Under the pieces are notes generated by a model, which was not told the DNA's origin, searched no databases, and worked only from the letters and a program-made list of their open reading frames with translations. A stretch of 15,626 nucleotides of DNA from NCBI GenBank assembly GCA_963726245.1, contig CAVSBT010000040.1, positions 1-15,626 on the forward strand, read 5' to 3'. The position numbers and the translations under genes are program-made. Positions 7,316-15,626 of the stretch are shown here, one piece after another. The stretch comes from an uncultured Chloroflexia bacterium. Lineage in GTDB: Bacteria > Chloroflexota > Dehalococcoidia > DSTF01 > JALHUB01. Numbering within the stretch: the first letter of the stretch is position 1; every line of letters begins with the position of its first letter.

Positions 7316-8212
7316 CTAATTCGAATCGAGACTCCTGTTGTCTGGACCCATTTCGACGGGCAATTCCGGGTTTGCTCCCCATTCCATCCACGAGCCGTCA
7401 TACAGGCTGACGTTCTCGTAGCCCATGACGTACAGCACGAACAGATCGAAGGCGCCGTAGACACCTGCCCCGCAGTACGTGATCACTCTTTGATCGGGTT
7501 TGATGCCCACCTTTCGCCAGAGCGACGCCAGCTCGTCGGCCGCTAGCAGGGTCTGAGTGGTCTGGTCAACGTTGGCCGGCGCAGGCAGGTTCCGGGCCGT
7601 TGCGATGTGGCCTGTTCTGTGACTCGGGTAGAGCCGCGCCCTGCCGGCGTAGAAGGCTTTTGGCAGCGCATCGACGATGCACGTGTCGCGGCTTCCTATT
7701 GCCCGCAGCACCTCGTCGCAGGTAGCTCTGAGCGCGTGCCTGTTCCGCGCCCGGAAGGTCGCGGCGGCAGGGGCGGGCGTCCGCGTCTCCAGGGGACGGC
7801 CTTCAGCGATCCACTTGGTCAGGCCCCCATTCAGAACCCTCGCCGCGTCGTGCCCGTAGTAACGCAGGGCCCACCAGAGCCGGGCGGCCCAGGTCCCACC
7901 GCTGTCGTCATACACCACGGCCGTGCTGCCGCTTCCGATCCCCAGACGCCCCATCAGCGCCTCGAAACGGCCGGGCGACAGAATGCTGAGGGGGTCCTCC
8001 GGGTCCTCGAGATCGGATGTCGGATCCACGAACACCGCTCCCGGGATGTGGCCCTGCTGATACTCCTTCTTCCCCGGCACGCCCTGGAACGACCCGCCCG
8101 AGGCCGCCCGGACGTGATAGCGCATGTCCACCACGCGGACCGACGGATCGTCGAGGTGCGCGGCCAGCCACTCCGTCGTGGCTAGCGCTTCCGGGTGTTT
8201 GTACTCCGCCAC
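7316..8212 (-). CDS. Tandem-domain rhodanese / sulfurtransferase (SseA/TST/MST family)
   Basis: TTEWLAAHLDD, GHIPGAVF, AARLWWALRYYGH, LNGGL, active loop ITYCGAGVYG, C-terminal LYDGSWMEW signature. Confidence 0.93.
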   Translation of the reverse strand: MAEYKHPEALATTEWLAAHLDDPSVRVVDMRYHVRAASGGSFQGVPGKKEYQQGHIPGAVFVDPTSDLEDPEDPLSILSPGRFEALMGRLGIGSGSTAVVYDDSGGTWAARLWWALRYYGHDAARVLNGGLTKWIAEGRPLETRTPAPAAATFRARNRHALRATCDEVLRAIGSRDTCIVDALPKAFYAGRARLYPSHRTGHIATARNLPAPANVDQTTQTLLAADELASLWRKVGIKPDQRVITYCGAGVYGAFDLFVLYVMGYENVSLYDGSWMEWGANPELPVEMGPDNRSLDSN

Positions 8213-8214
8213 GC

Positions 8215-8874
8215 TCAGCGCCCCCTGCTTCGTTCGGATCTCGCCTCGCTGGCCCCCTGGTTTTCGGCCGTCAAGTAACCCGTGATCATGTCGACCATGG
8301 GGCCGAGGAACTCCTCGGGGTCCACTTTTTCCGGCTGCGTCTGTCGCTGAAGAACGAGGCCGTCGTTCACGGCGAGCAGGAGACGAGCGGCGCGATCCAC
8401 GTCCACGTCAGCGCGGACGAGGCCCGCGCGCTTCGCGCGGGAGAAGAACCGAGCGAGGGCGGCGGAACAGTGGTCGAAGAGCGCGGCAACCGCCTCGCGC
8501 GCCCACTCGTTGCGGCCTGCCAGCGCCCAGCACTCCATCAACAAGGGCGACCAGATGGGGTCCGTCCGGCACGTTGCCCAGGAGGCCTCCATGATGCGGA
8601 GGATGCTCTCGCGAAGTGGCAGATCGGGCTCGAGCCGGGCGGCGGTCTCTGCGGCCCGGCGGCGCACGTGCTCGAGGAGGATGGTGCGAAAGAGATCCTC
8701 CTTGCTGGCAAAGTGGCTATAGAGCGCTCCTTTGGCGATACCGCACTCGGCCGTGATCTCCTCCACGGTCGCTGCCTCGTAGCCCCGACGGCCGAAAACG
8801 CGGTAGGCCGCCTCCAGGATGCGGGCTCGTGTCTCCTCCTTGCGTTGCTGCGGTAGTGTCAGCACTCCTGCCAC
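8215..8874 (-). CDS. TetR/AcrR-family transcriptional regulator
   Basis: TRARILEAAYRVFGRRGYEAATVEEITAECGIAKGALYSHFASKEDLF helix-turn-helix. GTG start with AGGAGG upstream. Confidence 0.93.
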   Translation of the reverse strand: MAGVLTLPQQRKEETRARILEAAYRVFGRRGYEAATVEEITAECGIAKGALYSHFASKEDLFRTILLEHVRRRAAETAARLEPDLPLRESILRIMEASWATCRTDPIWSPLLMECWALAGRNEWAREAVAALFDHCSAALARFFSRAKRAGLVRADVDVDRAARLLLAVNDGLVLQRQTQPEKVDPEEFLGPMVDMITGYLTAENQGASEARSERSRGR

Positions 8875-8895
8875 TGGCCATCCTCCTCTAGGTAC

Positions 8896-8930
8896 ATGAC
8901 TGACCGGACGGTCATCGACTAGTCAGTCAT
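8896..8930. promoter_or_regulatory. Putative TetR operator made of nested palindromes
   Basis: ATGACTGAC (8896-8904) and GTCAGTCAT (8922-8930) form a perfect 9-bp inverted repeat. Inside are TGACCG-GA-CGGTCA (8901-8914) and GACTAGTC (8917-8924). The site overlaps the -10 and start region of the tetR promoter. Confidence 0.7.
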
Positions 8931-8957
8931 TCTAGGCGGGCCCGAGCGCACCGTCAA
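8929..8957 (-). promoter_or_regulatory. Sigma70 promoter for the tetR operon
   Basis: On the minus strand: TTGACG (8957-8952), 17-nt spacer, TAGAAT (8934-8929). Confidence 0.7.
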
Positions 8958-8984
8958 GACGCAGGCGGCCCGGCCACCGACCAC

Positions 8985-9013
8985 TTCCAGGGCTGGTGCC
9001 GTCGTGGTATAGT
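8985..9013 (+). promoter_or_regulatory. Sigma70 promoter for the MerB-like gene
   Basis: TTCCAG (8985-8990), 17-nt spacer, TATAGT (9008-9013), with extended -10 TG at 9005-9006. AGGAGGAG ribosome-binding site precedes ATG 9060. Confidence 0.6.
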
Positions 9014-9059
9014 CTGCAGCGCCAGGCCCAAAGGATTGACCTTGGAAAGGAGGAGCGCC

Positions 9060-9770
9060 ATGGCGGAACCGCAGCTTCTGGCAAGCATGTACCACGCGAT
9101 CATCAGCGGCATGGTTCGCGACGGCCGGGCTCCCCACTACGCGGAGCTGGCCACCGAGGTAGGCCTCTCCCCAGACGAGGCCCGCCAGGCGCTCCATGAC
9201 CTCGACGGAAGAGGCGTGCCGGGCTTCTGGGTTCGCTCGGGTACCGATCTCGTGGAGTCCTGCGCGCCCTTTTCGAACATTCCCACCCAGTACCGTATCA
9301 CCGTCGAGGGGCAGCAGAAATGGCACGGGCAGTGAGGGTTTGAGTCGCTAGCGGTCAGCTGGCTCTACCCCGGCAAGCAAGTACAGATAGACTGCCCCTG
9401 CCTCGACTGCAACGAGCCGATACGGGTGCGGATGCGGGACGGCGAGATCCTGGAAGCGTCCCCGGGCACCATCGTGGGCCACGTCAACGTGCCGTTCTCG
9501 CGCTGGCGCGAGGACATGGCCCGCGCCTGAAGCCTCATGAACCTCTTCCGGTCGGAAGAGCACGTGCGGAACTGGTCGCTGTACGACTCAGGGAGCAGCG
9601 ACGGGACTATGCCCCTTCGGGACTATGCCACCCTGTTTGGGACTGGGATGTTCCGCCAGCGGCTGGAGCCGGACTACGTGCTCCGGCTGCCGCAGCTCGC
9701 TGTCGAGTGGATGACCGCCCTGGCGAAGCTAGGGAAGACAGGGCCCTTCTGGCGGCTGGGTGGAACCTAA
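9060..9770 (+). CDS. MerB (organomercurial lyase)-like protein, predicted selenoprotein with two Sec residues (U92, U157), 236 aa
   Basis: One continuous frame from ATG 9060 to TAA 9768-9770, interrupted only by TGA 9333-9335 and TGA 9528-9530: MAEPQLL...GRAPHYAELATEVGLSPDEARQALHDL...CAPFSNIPTQYRITVEGQQKWHGQ-U-GFESLAVSWLYPGKQVQIDCPCLDCNEPIRVRMRDGEIL...GHVNVPFSRWREDMARA-U-SLMNLFRSEEHVRNW...FWRLGGT. N-terminal winged-helix-like segment, PFS-x2-PT motif, and both TGAs at MerB catalytic Cys positions, each followed by a hairpin. Confidence 0.85.
9336..9370 (+). promoter_or_regulatory. Putative bacterial SECIS element 1
   Basis: Immediately 3' of TGA 9333: stacked stems GGGT/ACCC, GAGTC/GGCTC and GCT/AGC, with CGGTC at the apex (9352-9356). 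Confidence 0.65.
9536..9566 (+). promoter_or_regulatory. Putative bacterial SECIS element 2
   Basis: 3' of TGA 9528: perfect 7-bp stem CTCTTCC (9543-9549), GGTC loop, GGAAGAG (9554-9560), with a lower stem CATG/CGTG. Confidence 0.75.
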
Positions 9771-10059
9771 CCGGACAGGAGCGGAGCCGCCGAAGACACC
9801 AAGGACGAGGGCCAGCCTCCGCGACCGTCCCCTTCGTGGTGTTAACCCGGCGTCCGCGTCTGCGCTATCCCGCAAGACTACCGAACCCGCGGGCCATGGC
9901 CGCAGGCATTAGTGGTGAAAGGCCGCGCTGACAGTCGTCAAAGCCGCTGGTGAACGCTGGTGGTCGGGCCGTGGACGGTCCGGGTCATGGAAGCGGGGTA
10001 TCCCCTCAGCGCGGCCGAGGGCCCATAGCTGCTCGCCGCGTCGCCCCAGCCAACGCCTG

Positions 10060-10162
10060 CCAGCGTTGAGGCGTCATGTCCTCTTGGGGTGCGACGCTAC
10101 GAACTCGGGTGGGTGGCTGCTCGAGGCGCGAAGACACGGGAACAGATGGCTGCAGTATTGGT
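10060..10162. repeat. Degenerate direct repeat, copy 2 (copy 1 at about 2550-2642)
   Basis: See copy 1. The shared 12-nt core CTCGGGTGGGTG is identical in both copies. Confidence 0.7.
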
Positions 10163-10360
10163 ACTCCCAATAGTCGTCATTTATAACTCTGGACTCAGCG
10201 CTCAGAGGCCTGTGGGGCACGCACAGGGTATCTCTGGCGATGGCCTGTGGCCTTCAGCACTGGCATGGCTGGCTCAGCGAGTTAAGGCCACAGGTGCGGA
10301 TGAGGTTTACTCACCCCTAGCCCTTGCAGAAGTTGAACTTGGGCTTTGGCCTCATCGGGC

Positions 10361-10582
10361 TCACGCATCATCCGTTGTGCCCTGTCCGGCATCTTGTTCA
10401 GCCGGAGGTTCGCCGCCGGGCCGTATGTCAGTCGCGCCCCGTCGGTCTCGATCGGCGGCCAACTCTGCCTCAATGTGCTGGCGTGTTGCTTGTTGCTCTG
10501 CCTGCGTTTGCGGCGTCAAGCCAAGCGTCGGCTCGGCGGCCGGCTTCTTTCTGTGACCAAACAGACGCTTGAAGAACATCAT
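10361..10582 (-). CDS. Small hypothetical protein (73 aa)
   Basis: MMFFKRLFGHRKKPAAEPTLGLTPQTQAEQQATRQHIEAELAADRDRRG...; GGAGG lies 6 nt upstream of the ATG; same strand as the upstream GH94 gene. No family recognised. Confidence 0.5.
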   Translation of the reverse strand: MMFFKRLFGHRKKPAAEPTLGLTPQTQAEQQATRQHIEAELAADRDRRGATDIRPGGEPPAEQDAGQGTTDDA

Positions 10583-10794
10583 CTGAACCCTCCGATCTCC
10601 TGTCGTCATATCCTGACTCCGCTCGTAACCCGCACCGCCGCAGCAGGGCGTAGACCTGCGGTTAAGAATTGTGGCATCAGTGTCAACGTCTTGTCTGAGC
10701 TGTGGTAGGCCAAGCAGCGGCCAGCTCTTCCTCGCTGCCGGCGGCCACCTCGCTTATTTGTATCGCGGGCAACTCGCGGCCGTGGCCAGCAAGT

Positions 10795-13700
10795 CTATTG
10801 GGGCGGCAGGCTGCCCGTGGGCGGAGGCTCGGCTATGGAAGGCCTGCTGTCGTCCGCCCAGCCGGTCACGACCTCGACCGTGTGCGCCTGGCGGTCGTCG
10901 ACGAGCCGGATCGACCTCTCGTTCTGCGCAATGCCGTCAACGACGAGGCGCACTCCATCACCCGCGCTCGCTCGTCGAACGGTGATCGCGTAGGTCGTCT
11001 CCCGGTAGCGGTAGCTAAGGGTGAACGACTGCCAGTCGGGCGGCAGGCAGGGCGTGAAAGAGAGCCGGTCCACCTCCAAGCGAAGGCCGAGCAGCGACTC
11101 GACGATCAGCCGGTACATCCAGCCGGCGGCACCCGTGTACCAAGTCCAGCCGCCTGCGCCCGTATGCGGCGGCAGCGCGTAGACATCGGCCGCGACGATG
11201 TACGGCTCCACGCGATAGGTCGCCGCCTTCTCCGCGCTCGACGCGTGGTTGAGTGGGCTGATCAGCGAGAGCAGTTCCCAGGCGCGGCGGCTGTCGCCCA
11301 GCGCCGCGAAGGCCATGACCACCCAGATCGCGGCGTGCGTGTACTGGCCGCCATTCTCCCTCACGCCCGGCGGATACCCCTTGATGTATCCGGGGTTCAG
11401 GTCGGACTTGTCAAACGGCGGGTCGAGGAGCTGGATGAGGGCCTGATCGCGCCGGACGAGCAGCCGGTCGACCGACTCCATCGCGATGCGTGCGCGGCGC
11501 AGGTCGCCGGCGCCGGAGATCACAGACCAGCTCTGGGGTATCGAGTCGATCCGGCACTCCGGGCTGCTGGCAGAGCCGAGGGGCTTGCCGCTGTCGAAGT
11601 AGGCGCGGAGGTACCGGTCGCCGTCCCAGGCACGCATCTCGGCGGCGCGGCAGAGCGCAGCGGCCTCCGACTCTGACCGCTCGGCTAGGGCAGCGTCACC
11701 GTGGAGCCGCGCGACCTCGGCAAACTGTGCGAGCACGTGGTGGAGGAAGAACGCCAGCCAGACACTCTCGCCCTGGCCGCCCCGGCCGACCAAGTTCATA
11801 CCGTCGTTCCAATCGCCGGAGCCGATCAGCGGCAGCCCGTGCCGGCCGAGCCGCGTCCCCCGCTCGATCGCCCGGACGCAGTGCTCGTAGAGCGTGCCCG
11901 CCTCCTCGGACGATGCGGGCAGGTCGTAGTAGGAGTCCTCGTCCGGGTTGAGCGGCCGCCCCTCGATGTAGGCGACGCGCTCGTCGAGGACGCCGGTGTC
12001 GCCCGTGGCGAGGACATAGCGGGCCGTCGCCAGGGGCAGCCAGAGCAAGTCATCGGAGCAGCGAGTCCGCACGCCGCGCCCGGTCGGCGGGTGCCACCAG
12101 TGCTGGACGTCCCCCTCGCGGAACTGGCGGGCCGCGCAGCGCAGCAGATGCTCGCGGATGAGCAGCGGTTGGGCGTGGAGAAGCGCCATCACGTCCTGGA
12201 GTTGGTCGCGGAAGCCGAAGGCGCCGCCCGACTGGTAGAAGCCGGTCCGCGCCCAGAGGCGGCAAGCGATCGCCTGATAGAGGAGCCAGCCATTGGCGAG
12301 GATGTTGACAGTCGGCTCCGGCGTCTCGACGCGGACGGCGCCGAGGATGCGTTCCCAGTGCGCCTCGACCGCCTCCAGCGCCGCGTGCGCGGGGCCGGGG
12401 CCGCGGAAGCGCCGCACCAGGTCGCGCGCCTCCTCCTCGTCGCGCCCGACGCCGAGGACGAAGACGATCTCCCGCTCCTCGCCGTCGGCCAGGTCGACCT
12501 GGACCTGCAGCGCGGCGCAGGGGTCCAGCCCGGCGCCAACACGGCCCGATAGGCGGGCGCGCGTCATCGCGGCGGGTTGGCCGGGCAGGCCGTTGCGGCC
12601 GAGGAACTCGGTGCGGTCGCAGGTAACGGTGCGGGTCGCCTCGTCCACGTCGAAGAAGGCGACGCGGCCGGGGAAGTCGCCGTTGTAGGGGTTGCGGGCG
12701 AAGACGGCGCCGCTGTTCGGGTCGATCTCGGTGACGACGTGGAGGAGCGACTTTGCCCGCTGCTCGCCGAGCACCCACTCAACGTAGCCCGTCGCCGAGA
12801 GGCGGCGCGCCCGGCCCGACTCGTTGCGAAGCGTAAGCGCCATCAGCTTCACCGACGCGTCGAGCGCGACGTACTCGGCCAACTCGGAGGTCACGCCGGC
12901 CTCCGCGTGCTCGAACACCGTGTAGCCGAAGCCGTGGCGGCAGGTGTAGGTGGTGGCGCCGCGGGCCGGTAGCGGCGTTGGCGACCAGTAGCGACCGGTC
13001 TCCTCGTCGCGAATGTAGAAGGCCTCGCCGCTGGCGTCGGTCACCGGGTCGTTGTACCAGGGCGTGAGACGCTGCTCGTGGGCGTTCTCGCCCCAGGTGT
13101 AGGCACCGCCGCTCTCCGTGATCACGGTGCCGAACTGTGGGTTCGCCAGCACGTTCGCCCAGGGCGCGGGCGTCGTCTCGCCGGGCCGCAGGGTGACGAC
13201 GTACTCGCGCCCGTCAAGCGTGAAGCCGCCGAGGCCGTTCGAAAGCACGAGGTCGCGGCTAGGGAGCTCGACGGCGCGCTCGGGCTCTGGCACGACGTCC
13301 TCCGCTGGCGCGAGCGCTGGCACCGCTTGCTCGACGCGGCGTCCCCGCTCGATCTGCTCGGCGAGCGTCCCGGCGCTGTCGATGATCACAACGCGGGCGA
13401 CGGTCTGCTGAAGGATCCTGTCCTCCTCCGACATCTGGTCGGCGTGCCGGACGAAGATGCCGCCCGGCCGGTCGATGACGTGCGACTCCGGTTCCGGCGG
13501 CGACGAGCCCCAGGATCTCCTCGTGCAGCTCCTGGCGGTAGCCGGACGGCTCCTCGTTCCAGATGACGAGGTCGACTGCGAGCCCGGTGAGACGCCAGTA
13601 CGCATGCGCCTGGACGAGCTGCCGCACGAGCTCGATCTTCGTTCGGTCGCTGATGCGCAGGAGGACGATGGGCAAGTCGCCGGAGATGCCGAAGCCCCAG

Positions 13701-15626
13701 AGGCCTGACTGCGCGCGCCGGTTGCGGGCGAGGACGTTCGCCGGGGCACGGCGGCCCGCGTTGGCGTAGACGATCGAGCTGGCGAGACGGCCGTAGAGCT
13801 GGGCGTCGGACTCGGTCGCGCCGAGCTGGCGGAGGACCACCTGCCGATGGGTCGTCGCCAAATCGAAGACGCGGTTGGCCAGGCGCCGGTCGTGGTACTT
13901 GCCGGCGAGCGCCATCGCCGCCTCGCGTGTCTCGCCGACGCCGGTCACCACATTCACCCAGACCGTCTCATCCGGACCTACCGTAACCTGGCGGCGAACC
14001 GAGACGATAGGATCAAGCACGGGCCCCTGGCTGTCGGAAAGGCCGGCGCCGTCCGCCATCGCCTTCGGGTCGGCGAGCGACCGGCCGCGCCCGATGAAGC
14101 GCAGCCGGTCCGTCTCGAACGACGCCTCCCCGATGGAGGTCGTCTCGCCGGCGTCCATCAAATGGACCATCCAGGGGGTCGACTCGCTGGGTGAGCGCGG
14201 CCGCCGCGAGCAGAGGATCGCGTCGTGCGAAGGGACGATCTCCGTCTGGACGAAGAGGTTGCTGAGGGCCGGGTGGGTGGCGTCGGCGGGCGGCGGCGCC
14301 ATCACCACCTCCGCATAGCTCGTCACCTCAATCGTCCGCCGCGTGCGCGAGCGGTTCGTTATCCTGATGCGCCTGATCTCGACGTCGTCCTGTGGCGAGA
14401 CGGCGATCTCGGTGTGCGTGTCGATGTCGCCATCGCGGCGCCGGTACTCGGCGCGCGCTTGGGAGAAGATCGCGTTGTAGGTCTTCGGCTGCTTGAGCAT
14501 CGGCTGGTAGGCCGCGGACCAGACCTCGCCGGTCGTCAGGTCGCGGAGGTAGCAGAACGTGCCGTAGCAGTCGCGTGTCGCGTCCTCCTGCCAGCGTGTG
14601 ACCGCGAGGTCGCGCCAACGGCTATAGCCGCCCCCGGCGTTGGTCACCATAATGCTGTAGCTGCCGTTGGAGAGCAGGTGCACCTCCGGCGAGCCGGAGT
14701 TGGGGTTGTTGAAGATGCGGAGGAGCGCCTGGTACTCGCCGGCGCGCTGCTGCAGGCCGGACGTCTCGGCGGCGTTTGGATAGAAGGGAGCGACCTTCGG
14801 CACGCGCTCCTGTAGCAGCATCTCTGTCGCCCGGAAGAGCGGCTCGGAGAGGAAGCGGCGCTGCATCGGCCTGCCGAGGAGCGTGTAGGCGAGGGAGAGG
14901 AAGCTCATACCCTCGTGATGTGGCATGAACGACCGCACGAGCGCGAACGCCGCGCCTCGCGGCTGCCGCGAGGGCGTGTAGTCGATCGCCTCGTAGAGGC
15001 CGTACCGGCCCTCCGCGCCGAGGTCGACGAGCCGCTTAAGGTTCGCGCACGCCTGTTCCGGCGCGACCATCAGCGCCATCGCCGTCGCGTAGGGTGCCAC
15101 GACCAGGTCCTCGGCGAGGCCACGCTTGAAGCCGAGGCCCGGCACGCCGAAGGCGCGGTACTGGTACCTGAGGTAGGCGTCCGTCGTATTGTAGCCGGAC
15201 TCGGAGATACCCCAGGGGACACCCCGCTGGGCGCCGTACTGGATTTGGCGCCGGACGACGGCCTTGTAGGTTCGGTCAAGCACGGTGTCCTCGTAGGTCG
15301 GCATGACGATGAGCGGCATCAGGTACTCGAACATGGAGCCGCCCCAGGAGAGGAGGGCAGGATCGGCGCCGGAGGTCGTACGAGGCGACCGAGGGCGAAC
15401 CAGTACTCCTGCGACAGTTGGTGTTGCGCGATGGCGACGAAGGTGGCGAGGCGCGCCTCTGAGGCCAGCAGGTCGTAATAGCTCGGGTCGCGCCGCCGCT
15501 CGGCGATGTCGTAGCCGATGACGAACAGGTGACGCGACTGGTCCGTCAGGAAGTCGTAGTCCATGTCGGCCAGTTCGTTGCAGAGCTGGCCGAGCCGTCG
15601 ATCGCCTCCAACCGGTCAGCCGCGCG
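10795..15626 (-). pseudogene. ndvB: C-terminal part of an NdvB/Cgs-like cyclic beta-1,2-glucan synthase-family protein with GH94 phosphorylase domains; frameshifted near 15598, 15380 and 13489 (pseudogene or sequencing errors); 5' end outside the window
   Basis: SYYDLLASEARL, (W)[83 protein letters not shown] and GGWTWYTG motifs are spread over ORFs 15319-15564, 13259-15334 and 10795-13749, which join through single-base shifts. Confidence 0.85.

Noticed and set aside
9060-9770. Alternative genetic code (TGA = Trp/Gly) or simple pseudogene as the explanation of the TGAs
   Set aside because: etfA, the AhpD-like gene and tetR all end in TGA at sensible positions, and Trp is encoded by TGG. Two random nonsense mutations both landing on catalytic Cys columns and both followed by similar hairpins is unlikely.
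9795-9845. Intrinsic terminator after the MerB-like gene
   Set aside because: Only an imperfect stem (ACACCA...TGGTGT) with a large interior and no U-tract; not supportable.
10089-10556. 155-aa plus-strand ORF
   Set aside because: No clear RBS or recognisable domain. It begins inside the degenerate repeat and overlaps the better-supported minus-strand small ORF.

Overview
High-GC bacterial window. At the left end are alternative-heme-pathway genes (ahbA-like Lrp/AsnC protein and a radical SAM/SPASM enzyme), then a minus-strand tRNA cluster with intact tRNA-Leu(TAA) and tRNA-Cys(GCA) but only the 3' half of tRNA-Gly(GCC). That pattern is what a genomic island integrated at the Gly anticodon loop leaves behind. 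The inferred island carries a minus-strand operon: TetR, rhodanese, AhpD/CMD CxxC protein, Fe-S flavoenzyme of the OYE/DgcA type, EtfA, EtfB. Transcribed divergently from it is a gene the ORF track breaks into pieces (9060-9770). Reading through two in-frame TGA codons gives a 236-aa MerB (organomercurial lyase)-like protein. Both TGAs sit at the two catalytic Cys positions, and each is followed by a SECIS-like hairpin with a shared CGGTC apex. The predicted two-selenocysteine lyase, linked to a sulfur/redox/ETF module, is the most notable finding. Degenerate direct repeats, possibly integrase remnants, bracket this cassette. The right third is a large NdvB/Cgs-like GH94 gene with three frameshifts that runs off the window.
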